A stretch of DNA of 35,850 bases from an uncultured delta proteobacterium (lineage in GTDB: Bacteria > Myxococcota > Myxococcia > Myxococcales > Anaeromyxobacteraceae), in NCBI GenBank assembly GCA_963766715.1, contig CAVYBH010000005.1, positions 1 through 35,850 on the forward strand, in the 5' to 3' direction. The position numbers and the translations under genes were made by a program. The notes under the pieces were generated by a model that was not told the DNA's origin, ran no database searches, and was given only the letters and a program-made list of their open reading frames with translations. How positions within the stretch are numbered: position 1 is the first letter of the stretch; every line of letters begins with the position of its first letter. Positions 21,068-30,092 of this stretch are shown here, one piece after another.

Positions 21068-23146
21068 ATGGCCCCGCGCATCGCACGCACGATCTCCATC
21101 CTCGGCGCCGATGGCGCCGGGAAGACGGCCCTCGTCGAGGCCTTCCTCCGCGCCGCGGACGCCAAGCGCGCCAACCCCGAGGGATCCACGTCGCGGCTCG
21201 ACGCCGATCCCGAGGAGAAGAAGCGCAACTTCACCCTGACCATCCACCCCGAGACCTTCGAGGAGGGCGGCCGGGTCTTCAACGTCCTCGACACGCCCGG
21301 CTTCGCCGCCTTCATCAACGAGGCCGAGTGGGCGCTCCAGGTCTCGGACGGGGCCGTGCTGGTGGTCTCGTCCGTGGACGGCGCCCACAACCGGGCCGAG
21401 CGCCTCTTCGACGTGCTGGCCGAGTCCGGGCGCCCCGCGCTGGCGGTGCTGGGCCGGCTCGATCACGAGCAGGCCGACTTCCAGCGCACGCTGGCCGACA
21501 TCGAGAGCTCCCTCAAGGTGAAGCCGGTCCCGCTCCAGATCCCGGTCGGGGCCGGGCCGGATCTGAAGGGGCTCGTGGACCTGATCTCCATGAAGGCCCA
21601 CCTCTACGAGAAGACCTTCGGCAAGTACGTCGAGTCCGAGATCCCGGCCGAGCTGAAGGGCGCCGCCGAGGCCGCCCGCACCGCCCTGGTCGAGGCCGCC
21701 GCCGAGACCGACGACGAGCTGCTCGGGAAGTACCTGGAGGGGACGGCGATCACCTCGGAGGAGATCGAGCGGGGCGTCGCCAACGGCGCGGCGCAGCAGA
21801 AGTTCCTCCCGGTGGCGATCGCCGCCGCCAAGCCCGGCCTCGGGGTTCGCGAGCTGCTCGACCTGGTGGTTCGCCTGCTGCCGGCGCCGGAGAGCCGGGC
21901 CGTGAAGGGGATGGACCTGCACGCCGCGCCCGTCGAGCGCCGCGCCGACGCCGGGGCGCCGTTCTGCGCCCAGGTCTTCCGCACCACCATCGACCACTTC
22001 GCGGGCCGGGTGGACTACCTCCGGGTCCTCGCCGGGACGCTGAAGGCGGACGCGACGGTCATGAACCCCCGCAGCCGCAGCGAGGAGCGGGTGAGCCGGC
22101 TCTTCCGCACCGACGGCGCCCAGATGATCGAGATCCCGTCGGCTGGCCCGGGCGACGTGGTGGTCCTCATGAAGCTCAAGGACGCCCGCACGGGCGACAC
22201 CCTCTGCGACCGGGATGCGCCCATCGTGCTGCCCGACTTCCGGCAGCCGAACCGGCCGGTCGCCTACGCCATCCAGGCCAAGGGCGGGGCGGACGACAAG
22301 GCGGCGGCGGCCATCCACAAGCTCATCGAGGAGGATCCCTCGCTGGAGCTCGAGCGCAATCCCGACACCGGCGAGTTCCTGCTCAAGGCGGTCGGGCAGG
22401 CCCACATCGAGGTCACCGTCGAGCGGCTGAAGCGGAAGCACTCCGTGGAGATCCAGCTCGCCGTGCCGACCCCGGCCTACCTCGAGACCATCACCGCTCC
22501 CTCCAAGGCGCAGGGCAAGTTCAAGCGCCAGACCGGCGGCCACGGCCAGTTCGGCGACTGCACCGTCGAGCTCTACCCGCTGGCGCGCGGCGCCGGGTTC
22601 GAGTTCGAGGACGCCATCGTCGGGGGCGTCATCCCCCGGCAGTTCATCCCCTCGGTCGAGAAGGGGATCCGGGGCGCGCTCGGCTCCGGCCCGCTGGCCG
22701 GCTACCCGGTGGTGGACTTCCAGGCCAAGCTCGTCTTCGGCAGCTACCACGACGTCGACAGCTCCGACATGGCGTTCCAGATCGCCGGGTCGATGGGGTT
22801 CAAGAAGGCCATGGAGGGGGCGCGCCCCATCCTGCTCGAGCCGGTGATGAAGCTCGACGTGCGCGTCCCGGAGGAGTACGTCGGCGCCGTGATGGGCGAC
22901 CTGAACAGCCGCCGCGCCAAGGTCCAGGGCATGGAGCCGGCGGCCCGAGGCGTCGTCATCCGGGCGCTCTGCCCGCACGCCGAGGCCATGACCTACGACG
23001 CGGACCTGCGCTCGCTGACCCAGGGCGTCGGGTACTTCACGATGGAGCCCTCCCACTACGACCCGGTCCCCCCCTACGCGGCGCAGAAGATCATCGAGAA
23101 GCGGCGCGCCGAGGGGAAGGTCAAGGGAGCGGAGGAGGAGAAGTAG
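21068..23146 (+). CDS. fusA: Elongation factor G paralog (EF-G2/FusA2-like)
   Basis: Full five-domain length (692 aa); GADGAGKT, DTPG, EEDPSL, KRQTGGHGQFG, SYHDVDSS and LLEPVM. It lies outside the str operon and has divergent G2/G4 motifs. Confidence 0.88.
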   Translation: MAPRIARTISILGADGAGKTALVEAFLRAADAKRANPEGSTSRLDADPEEKKRNFTLTIHPETFEEGGRVFNVLDTPGFAAFINEAEWALQVSDGAVLVVSSVDGAHNRAERLFDVLAESGRPALAVLGRLDHEQADFQRTLADIESSLKVKPVPLQIPVGAGPDLKGLVDLISMKAHLYEKTFGKYVESEIPAELKGAAEAARTALVEAAAETDDELLGKYLEGTAITSEEIERGVANGAAQQKFLPVAIAAAKPGLGVRELLDLVVRLLPAPESRAVKGMDLHAAPVERRADAGAPFCAQVFRTTIDHFAGRVDYLRVLAGTLKADATVMNPRSRSEERVSRLFRTDGAQMIEIPSAGPGDVVVLMKLKDARTGDTLCDRDAPIVLPDFRQPNRPVAYAIQAKGGADDKAAAAIHKLIEEDPSLELERNPDTGEFLLKAVGQAHIEVTVERLKRKHSVEIQLAVPTPAYLETITAPSKAQGKFKRQTGGHGQFGDCTVELYPLARGAGFEFEDAIVGGVIPRQFIPSVEKGIRGALGSGPLAGYPVVDFQAKLVFGSYHDVDSSDMAFQIAGSMGFKKAMEGARPILLEPVMKLDVRVPEEYVGAVMGDLNSRRAKVQGMEPAARGVVIRALCPHAEAMTYDADLRSLTQGVGYFTMEPSHYDPVPPYAAQKIIEKRRAEGKVKGAEEEK

Positions 23147-23154
23147 CCTCCGCC

Positions 23155-23763
23155 TCAGCGGGCCTTCACCGGAAGTCGAACCACCGTCCGCCTCCGCTCC
23201 GCCGGCACCCGGCCGGGGGCGGAGAGCCACACCTCGTGGAGGCGGCCGCGAACCTCGAGCTCCTCCTCGGCCGCCGCGCGCCGCAGCCGGTCCACCGTGC
23301 CGGGAACGGTGTCGAACGGGCCCACGTGGAGCGCCTGGATGCAGCGCCCCTCCTGGAGCTCCTCGATGCGCACCGGGCGCAGGGTCTCCCGCTCGACGTC
23401 CGCCTCGTCGGCCAGGCCGGCGAGGTCGCTGGCCCGGACGAAGGCCGGGACCCGCAGGAGCAGCTTCCAGGGGCCACCGGCCGCGGTCCCGCCCGAGCCG
23501 TTGGCCGGGCCGCGCGGCGGACCGATCAGGGCCTCGAGGGGCGGGAGCGCGAAGTCCTTGCCCTGCTCGCGCCGGACGCGGGCGCGCAGGTCGCGGAGGA
23601 TGCGCTGCAGCAGGAGCGCCTGCTCGAGGAACTCGGCCCCGGCCACGTCGCCCGTTCCGTCCAGGGAGAGGTAGCGGGCAGGGGAGGTGGCCACCACGCG
23701 GGGCACCCGCCCGGCGCCGTACTCCAGGGCGTGAAGGGCGACCAGGTCGACGCGCGTGGACAT
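23155..23763 (-). CDS. GyrI-like small-molecule-binding domain protein (Lin2189-like)
   Basis: YLSLDGTGD, DFALPPLEAL, EGRCIQALHVGPFD and LHEVWLSAPGRVPAERRRTVVRLPV. I prefer ATG 23763 over 23799 because it matches the family N-terminus and has TATGTT 7 nt upstream. Confidence 0.78.
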   Translation of the reverse strand: MSTRVDLVALHALEYGAGRVPRVVATSPARYLSLDGTGDVAGAEFLEQALLLQRILRDLRARVRREQGKDFALPPLEALIGPPRGPANGSGGTAAGGPWKLLLRVPAFVRASDLAGLADEADVERETLRPVRIEELQEGRCIQALHVGPFDTVPGTVDRLRRAAAEEELEVRGRLHEVWLSAPGRVPAERRRTVVRLPVKAR

Positions 23764-23861
23764 GGCCGGGAACATAGCCGCGGCGCCCGGGGACGCCACC
23801 CGTGCTGGCGGCCGGCTTGATCCGAGGGGAGAATGCCCGTAGACGTTCCGCCGGGAGCTCC

Positions 23862-25703
23862 TTGCGCACCTACCTCCGCCTCCTCCAGTTCGCCGCCCCG
23901 TACCGGTGGCGCTTCCTCGCCGCCTTCGGCTGCATGGCCGTGCTCGCGCTCGCCACGGCGATGTACGTCAACCTGCTCGGCCCGGTCCTCGAGTTCCTCT
24001 TCACGGGCCAGGTGGGGGCCATGGGGTCGCTGGCCCGGCTCCTGCCCGGCGACGGCGAGCTGGCGGCCTGGGCGAAGGGGATCGACCGCGCCCAGGCGCT
24101 GCGCGTGCTCCCCTGGATCGTGATCACGGTGTCCCTGACGAAGGGGGTGGCCTTCTTCGGCCAGGCCTACCTGATGGGGACCACCTCCCAGCGCATCATC
24201 GCCGACCTGCGCGGCGCGCTCTTCGACCACCTGCTGCGCCTCTCCCCGTCCTTCTACACGCGCCGTCACACGGGCGACATCCTCTCCCGCATGTCGAACG
24301 ACGTGCAGTCGGTCGAGGGCGCGGTCTCGAACGCCATCGCCAGCTACCTGCGCGACGGGCTCACCGTGATGGTGATGCTCGTGAACTGCTTCCTCATCGA
24401 CTGGAAGCTGTCGCTCGTCACCTTCGTCGCCATCCCCGTGACCATCCTGCCGGTGGTGCGGATCGCCAAGCGCCTGAAGAAGGTCACGGTCCAGTCGCAG
24501 GCCACCCTCGGGAAGATCTCCGAGCTGGTCCAGGAGACCCTCTCCGGCATCCGGGTGGTCCAGGCCTACGGGATGGAGGCGTGGGAGTCGTCGAGGTTCC
24601 GCGGGGAGAACGAGCGCTGGCTGCGCTACATGCGCCGCAGCATCTCCGTCCGGGCCTTCTCGTCGCCGCTCATGGAGGTGATGGCGGCCGTGGGGATCGG
24701 CATCGCCATCTGGTGGGTGGGCGGCAACATCGTGGCCGGCACGCTGCCGGCCGGGAAGTTCTTCTCCTTCGTCACGGCCATCCTGCTGCTCTACACGCCG
24801 GTGAAGCAGCTCGGGAGGGTGGGCCAGCAGGCCATGCAGGGCGCGGCCGCCGGCGAGCGGATCTTCGAGATCCTCGACGCCCGGACCGACGTGCCCGACG
24901 AGGGGACGGCGGAGCTCCCGCCCTTCCAGGGGGAGATCCGCTACGAGCAGATCTCCTTCTCCTACGGCGATCGCCCGGTGCTGCAGGACGTCTCGCTGTC
25001 GGTGCGCAAGGGCGAGGTGGTGGCGCTGGTGGGCAGCTCCGGCGGGGGCAAGACCACCGTCGCGAACCTGCTGCCCCGCTTCTGGGACGTCACCGGCGGC
25101 CGGATCACCATCGACGGCGTGGACGTCCGTGCGGTGACGCTCCGCAGCCTCCGGTCGTGCATCGCGCTCGTCACCCAGGAGACCGTGCTCTTCAACACCA
25201 GCGTGCGCGACAACATCGCCTACGGGCGCCCGGACATCCCGCTCGCCGAGGTGGAGCGGGCCGCGCACATGGCCCACGCCGACGGCTTCATCCGGGCGCT
25301 CCCCCAGGGGTACGACACGGTGGTCGGGGAGCGCGGGGTGACGCTCTCGGGCGGACAGCGCCAGCGGATCGCCATCGCCCGGGCCTTCCTGAAGGACGCG
25401 CCCATCCTCCTCCTCGACGAGGCCACCAGCGCCCTCGACGCGGAGAGCGAGCGGGAGGTGCAGCGGGCGCTCGAGGAGCTCATGGGAATCGGCGCCGACG
25501 GGGCGGGCGGCACCCACCGGACCACGCTCGTCATCGCGCACCGGCTCTCGACCATCCGCAACGCCGATCGCATCGTGGTGCTGTCCCACGGCCGCGTCGC
25601 CGAGGTGGGGCGCCACGACGAGCTCATCGAGAGGAGCGGCGAGTACGCGCGCCTCTACCGGATCTACGAGGGCGGAGTCACCGAGGGGGCGAACGCAGGA
25701 TGA
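23862..25703 (+). CDS. msbA: Lipid A export ABC transporter (permease plus ATPase)
   Basis: Six-TM ABC membrane domain, GSSGGGKTT, LSGGQRQRIAIARA, LLLDEATSALD and IAHRLST; upstream of waaA and lpxK. The start is uncertain (TTG 23862 or GTG 23802). Confidence 0.88.
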   Translation: MRTYLRLLQFAAPYRWRFLAAFGCMAVLALATAMYVNLLGPVLEFLFTGQVGAMGSLARLLPGDGELAAWAKGIDRAQALRVLPWIVITVSLTKGVAFFGQAYLMGTTSQRIIADLRGALFDHLLRLSPSFYTRRHTGDILSRMSNDVQSVEGAVSNAIASYLRDGLTVMVMLVNCFLIDWKLSLVTFVAIPVTILPVVRIAKRLKKVTVQSQATLGKISELVQETLSGIRVVQAYGMEAWESSRFRGENERWLRYMRRSISVRAFSSPLMEVMAAVGIGIAIWWVGGNIVAGTLPAGKFFSFVTAILLLYTPVKQLGRVGQQAMQGAAAGERIFEILDARTDVPDEGTAELPPFQGEIRYEQISFSYGDRPVLQDVSLSVRKGEVVALVGSSGGGKTTVANLLPRFWDVTGGRITIDGVDVRAVTLRSLRSCIALVTQETVLFNTSVRDNIAYGRPDIPLAEVERAAHMAHADGFIRALPQGYDTVVGERGVTLSGGQRQRIAIARAFLKDAPILLLDEATSALDAESEREVQRALEELMGIGADGAGGTHRTTLVIAHRLSTIRNADRIVVLSHGRVAEVGRHDELIERSGEYARLYRIYEGGVTEGANAG

Positions 25704-26767
25704 CGTGGAGGCGCGCCGCCGCGCTGTCCGGCGCGCTGCTCGCCGCCTGGGTGGCCTTCGGGCTCTTCACCCGGTCCCGGCGCGCGCCCCGCCCGCCTCC
25801 GCCTCCGGGCGAGATGCGGGGCGCCTGGCACGTCCACACCACCCGGAGCGACGGGCGGGGAGACCTCGACGAGGTGGTGCGGGCGGCGCGCGAGGCCGGG
25901 CTCCAGTTCATCGTCGTGGCCGACCACAACGTGCTCACTCCCGGGGACTCGGGCTGGCACGACGGCGTGCTGGTGGTCCCGGCCACGGAGATCTCGGCCC
26001 CCTACGGGCACGTCGTCGGCGTCGGCCTCTCCCGCGAGCTCACCAAGGAGGAGCGCCAGAAGGACACCCTGGGCACGGTGAAGCAGCTCGGCGGCGAGGG
26101 CGTGCTCGCGCATCCCTTCCACCCCGGGCGCCCGTTCACCCGATGGACCCGCGACGACTGGGCCGGGCTGGAGGTCGTCTCCAATGACTCGTTCTGGGGG
26201 CAGGTGAGGCGCGATCAGGCCTGGTGGCGTGCCGGGAAGGCGCTTCTCCTCCTTCCCTGGGACGCGGGCCGCTCGATGCTCTCCTTCTACCAGGACCCGT
26301 GGCGGGAGCTGGCGCGCTACGATGCGGCGGCGGCGCGCAGGAAGGTGGCGCTCCTCTGCGCCTCCGACGCCCACGGCTGGCCGACCTACCGCGCCGACTT
26401 CGAGGCCTTCAGCATGCACGTGCCGGTGAGCGCCACGGGGGACGGAGCGGTGGACGCCGCGGCGGTGACGAAGGCGCTCCTCGACGGGAGCGGCGCGTGC
26501 GTGCTCGACGCGGTCGCCCCGGTGAGCGGGATCCGCCTCTCCGTGTCCCCCACCCGCGACCGGATCGAGCTCGCGGCCAGCGTGCCGGGAAAGCTCCGGC
26601 CTGCCTGGCTCCTCTTCCGCGACGGCGCGCCGGTGGGCGCGCTGGCCACCGTCCCGGGCGGATGGGCCTGGAATTGCGCCGGCCCTTGCCCGTCCGGGGC
26701 CTATCGCGTCGAGGGGCGGCGGGACGGCGCTCCGTGGGTCTTCACGAACCCCGTGTGGATCGAGTAG
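25700..26767 (+). CDS. Membrane-anchored PHP-domain metallophosphoesterase (CehA/McbA-like)
   Basis: ATGA overlap with msbA; N-terminal hydrophobic helix and Pro linker; PHP ligand motifs HVHTTRSDG, ADHN, TEIS..YGH, LAHP, GLEV and ASDAH; C-terminal YRVE...WVFTNPVWI. Confidence 0.82.
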   Translation: MTWRRAAALSGALLAAWVAFGLFTRSRRAPRPPPPPGEMRGAWHVHTTRSDGRGDLDEVVRAAREAGLQFIVVADHNVLTPGDSGWHDGVLVVPATEISAPYGHVVGVGLSRELTKEERQKDTLGTVKQLGGEGVLAHPFHPGRPFTRWTRDDWAGLEVVSNDSFWGQVRRDQAWWRAGKALLLLPWDAGRSMLSFYQDPWRELARYDAAAARRKVALLCASDAHGWPTYRADFEAFSMHVPVSATGDGAVDAAAVTKALLDGSGACVLDAVAPVSGIRLSVSPTRDRIELAASVPGKLRPAWLLFRDGAPVGALATVPGGWAWNCAGPCPSGAYRVEGRRDGAPWVFTNPVWIE

Positions 26768-26780
26768 GTACCGGTCGCCC

Positions 26781-28061
26781 GTGCCCGTCCTCTACGCGAT
26801 CGTGAGCTACGTCGCCGTCGCCGTGCTCCTGCCGGTGCTGCTCTTCCATCCCAAGCTCCGGCACGGGATCCGGGAGAGGCTCGGCTTCTACCGCGCGGGC
26901 GAGGACCTGGGGCGGGGCGCCCCGCGCATCTGGCTCCACGGCGCCAGCGCGGGCGACCTGCTCTCGCTCCAGCCGATGATGCGCGAGCTCAAGGCGCGGG
27001 TGCCGGACTGCTGCATCGTCGTCACCACCATCACCAACAGCGGCCTGGAGATGGCGCGGGCCAAGATCCGGGAAGCCGACGTCGTCCTGTACGCCCCGTA
27101 CGACCTCCCGGGCGCCACCCGCCGCGCCATGGCCGCGCTGCGCCCCGATCTCCTCGTGCTCGAGTACACCGAGATCTGGCCCAACCTGATCCGCGCGGCC
27201 CGCAAGGCGGGCGTCCGCATCGCCCTCACCAACGGCCGGTTCGCGCCCGAGAAGATGTCCCGCTACCGGGCCCTCTTCCGGGCGGTGGGCAACCCGCTCC
27301 GCTCGATCACGCTCTTCCTCATGCGCTCCGACGAGGAGGCCGAGCGGGCGCTGCAGCTGGGCGCGCCACCCGACCGCGTGTGGGTGACCGGCAACACCAA
27401 GTTCGACGCGCTGGTCCTCGACCGCTCGAGCGCGGACGACGAGACGCTGCGCGCGGCCATGGGGCTCGACCCCTCCCAGCAGGTGTTCATCGCCGGTTCC
27501 ACGCACGAGGGAGAGGAGGAGATCCTGGTCGACGTCTACCGGAAGCTCCTCGCCGACGTGCCGGGGCTCCAGCTCGTCGTGGCCCCGCGCTACGTGGAGC
27601 GGGCCGGGAAGATCGTCGCGATCGCCCAGGGTGCGGGGCTGAGCGCCCGGCTGCGCAGCGCAGGCGCGGCGGCCGGGCCTGCCCGGGTGGTGGTGCTCGA
27701 CACCATCGGGGAGCTGGCCGCCGCCTACAGGCTGGCCACGCTGGCCTTCGTGGGCGGCAGCTTCGGGCGCCGGGGAGGCCAGAACGTGCTCGAGCCGGCC
27801 GGGCAGGGGAAGCCGGTGCTCTTCGGCCCCCACATGGAGAGCTTCAAGGACAGCGTGCAGGTCCTCGTCGGTCGCGGGGGCATCCAGGTGGCCACGCCCG
27901 AGCAGCTGCTCCGGGTGGCGCGGGAGCTCCTCACCCGGCCCGAGGAGGTCGTGCGGCTCGGTGCGATGGCCCGGGAGGCCGTCGGCGCGGTCCGCGGCGC
28001 GAGCGCCCGGAACGTCGACCACATGCTGCGCGCCATCCCCCGCGGGAAAGGCGCCGCGTGA
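26781..28061 (+). CDS. waaA: 3-deoxy-D-manno-octulosonic acid (Kdo) transferase
   Basis: IWLHGASAGD, APYDLP, EYTEIWPNL, TGNTKFD, AGSTHEGEE, APR, LDTIGEL and FVGGSF...GGQNVLEPA. Confidence 0.93.
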   Translation: MPVLYAIVSYVAVAVLLPVLLFHPKLRHGIRERLGFYRAGEDLGRGAPRIWLHGASAGDLLSLQPMMRELKARVPDCCIVVTTITNSGLEMARAKIREADVVLYAPYDLPGATRRAMAALRPDLLVLEYTEIWPNLIRAARKAGVRIALTNGRFAPEKMSRYRALFRAVGNPLRSITLFLMRSDEEAERALQLGAPPDRVWVTGNTKFDALVLDRSSADDETLRAAMGLDPSQQVFIAGSTHEGEEEILVDVYRKLLADVPGLQLVVAPRYVERAGKIVAIAQGAGLSARLRSAGAAAGPARVVVLDTIGELAAAYRLATLAFVGGSFGRRGGQNVLEPAGQGKPVLFGPHMESFKDSVQVLVGRGGIQVATPEQLLRVARELLTRPEEVVRLGAMAREAVGAVRGASARNVDHMLRAIPRGKGAA

Positions 28062-29161
28062 GCGCGCCGGGAGCCCGTGAGCGGCTCTGGTGGGGTCCTG
28101 GGCCCTCCCTGGGCGACCGCCTGCTTCTCGCGCCGCTCTGGCCCGCCGAGGGGCTCTTCCGGCTGGCCGCGGCGGCGCGGGGCGCGCTCTACGACGCGGG
28201 CGTCCTGCGCAGCACCCGCGCCGGGGTTCCGGTGATCTCGGTCGGCAACCTGGCCGTGGGCGGCGCCGGCAAGACCCCGGCGGTCCTGGCCATCGCCGGG
28301 CGCCTCCTCGCGTCGGGGCATCGCCCGGCGGTGCTCTCGCGGGGCTACGGCGCCTCGCGCGCGGACGACCGGGTGGTCGCGGACGGGGAACGCGTGATCC
28401 TCGACGCGGCCCAGGGGGGCGACGAGCCGGTGCTGCTGGCCCGCCGCCTTCCGGGGCTCCGGGTCCTCTGCGGAGCCGATCGGGCCTCCCTCGCCGGGAA
28501 GGCGATCGCCCTCGGCGCCGACGTGCTGCTGCTCGACGACGGCTTCCAGCACCGCCGGCTGCGAAGGGACCTGGACGTGGTCGTGCTCGACGCCGCCAAC
28601 CCCTGGGGGAACGGCCATTGCCTCCCTCGCGGCCCCAACCGCGAGCCGCCGTCGGCGCTGGGCCGGGCCGGGCTGGTCTGGCTCGGCCACGTCGACCGGG
28701 CGCCGCCCGAGGCCCTGGATCCGCTGCGGCTCCTCGCCCGCCGCTTCACGGGCAGGGGACCCGTCGAGTCGCGCCACGCGCCCCGGGACCTCGCCGACGG
28801 GTTGCTCCTGCGAACCTTCCCGCTCGAGGAGCTTGTCGGCCGGCGAGTTGGGCTCCTCACCGGGGTGGCGCGCCCGGGAAGCGTGCGGCGGACGGTCGAG
28901 GGGCTTGGCGCCGAGGTGGTGGAGGAGTATCCGTTCCCCGACCATCACCGCTTCACCGAGGGCGAGGTCGCCCGCGCGCTCGCGGCGGCGATCCGGGCGG
29001 GGGCCACGCAGCTCGTCACCACCGAGAAGGACGCCGTCCGGCTTCCGGCGGCGCTCGCCGGCGACGATCGGTTGCGGGTGGTGCGAATCGATGCCGAGAT
29101 CGTGGCGGGCGGGACCGAGCTCGAGGACCTCCTCGGGCGGGCTTTCCAGGGGAGGGGTTGA
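28058..29161 (+). CDS. lpxK: Tetraacyldisaccharide 4'-kinase
   Basis: GTGA overlap with waaA; PVISVGNLAVGGAGKTP, LSRGYG, GDEPVLLA, LDDGFQH, LPRGPNREP, FPDHH and TTEKDAVR. Confidence 0.94.
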   Translation: MSAPGARERLWWGPGPSLGDRLLLAPLWPAEGLFRLAAAARGALYDAGVLRSTRAGVPVISVGNLAVGGAGKTPAVLAIAGRLLASGHRPAVLSRGYGASRADDRVVADGERVILDAAQGGDEPVLLARRLPGLRVLCGADRASLAGKAIALGADVLLLDDGFQHRRLRRDLDVVVLDAANPWGNGHCLPRGPNREPPSALGRAGLVWLGHVDRAPPEALDPLRLLARRFTGRGPVESRHAPRDLADGLLLRTFPLEELVGRRVGLLTGVARPGSVRRTVEGLGAEVVEEYPFPDHHRFTEGEVARALAAAIRAGATQLVTTEKDAVRLPAALAGDDRLRVVRIDAEIVAGGTELEDLLGRAFQGRG

Positions 29162-30084
29162 TGCGGCGGATTCTCATCGGGCTGGGCAGTTTCCTGGGCT
29201 GGCTCCTGTGGGTGCTGCACGTCCGGCGGGGCGTCGTGATGGGCAACCTGCGGCTCGCCTTCCCGGAGTGGACCGAGGCGAAGCGGCGGGAGGTCGCCCG
29301 CCAGACCTTCCTGAACCTGGGGCGGATGGCCCCCGAGTTCCTGCTCGTCTCCCGGCTCGACAAGGAGGCGCTCGAGCGCATGTTCGTGTACGACCCCGGG
29401 ACCGCCGACACCGTGCTCGCCGTCCGCGCGTCCGGGAGGCCGATGGTGGTCTGCACCGCCCACTTCGGGAACTTCGAGAACCTGGCCGCCGTGCACAACC
29501 TGAAGGGCTATCCGATCACCATGGTGGTCCGGGCCCTGGGCGGAGGCTGGTTCGGGCGCTTCTGGAACAAGGGCAGGTCGAAGGCCGGCCTGGAGGTGCT
29601 GGAGGTCACGAGGGGCGAGACGCTCAAGGCCGCGCAGCGCGCCATGCGACAGGGGAGGGTCCTCGGGTACGTGATCGACCAGAACATGTCGGCTCGCCGG
29701 GCCATCTTTCCCACCTTCTTCGGTGTGCCCGCCGCCACGGCGCCCACGCCGGCCTACCTGGCCATGCGGTCCGGGGCCGTCATCTTCTTCATGCTCGACG
29801 TCCCGCTTCCGGACGGACGCCACCGCGTCGTCGTCGAGGGTCCCCTCGAGCCGCCGGACACGGGCGACCGGGAAGCCGACGTGCTGGCCTTCATGCAGGA
29901 CCTGAACGACCGGCTGGAGCGGTGGGTCCGGCTCTACCCCGATCGGTGGTACTGGCTTCACCGTCGGTGGAAGACGCGCCCCCCCGCGCCCGGGACCGGG
30001 AAGCGGGGAAGGGCCCGGAAACCCTCCGGGGAAGCCCCATCGGACGGGGCGCCGCCCATTGACCCCGCCGCGCGCGCGGAGTAG
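29161..30084 (+). CDS. lpxL: Lipid A late acyltransferase (LpxL/HtrB family)
   Basis: TGATG coupling; NLRLAFPE, TAHFGNFE (HxxxxE), VIDQN, FFGVPA and PDRWYWLHRRWK. Confidence 0.88.
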   Translation: MRRILIGLGSFLGWLLWVLHVRRGVVMGNLRLAFPEWTEAKRREVARQTFLNLGRMAPEFLLVSRLDKEALERMFVYDPGTADTVLAVRASGRPMVVCTAHFGNFENLAAVHNLKGYPITMVVRALGGGWFGRFWNKGRSKAGLEVLEVTRGETLKAAQRAMRQGRVLGYVIDQNMSARRAIFPTFFGVPAATAPTPAYLAMRSGAVIFFMLDVPLPDGRHRVVVEGPLEPPDTGDREADVLAFMQDLNDRLERWVRLYPDRWYWLHRRWKTRPPAPGTGKRGRARKPSGEAPSDGAPPIDPAARAE

Positions 30085-30092
30085 ACACGGCC

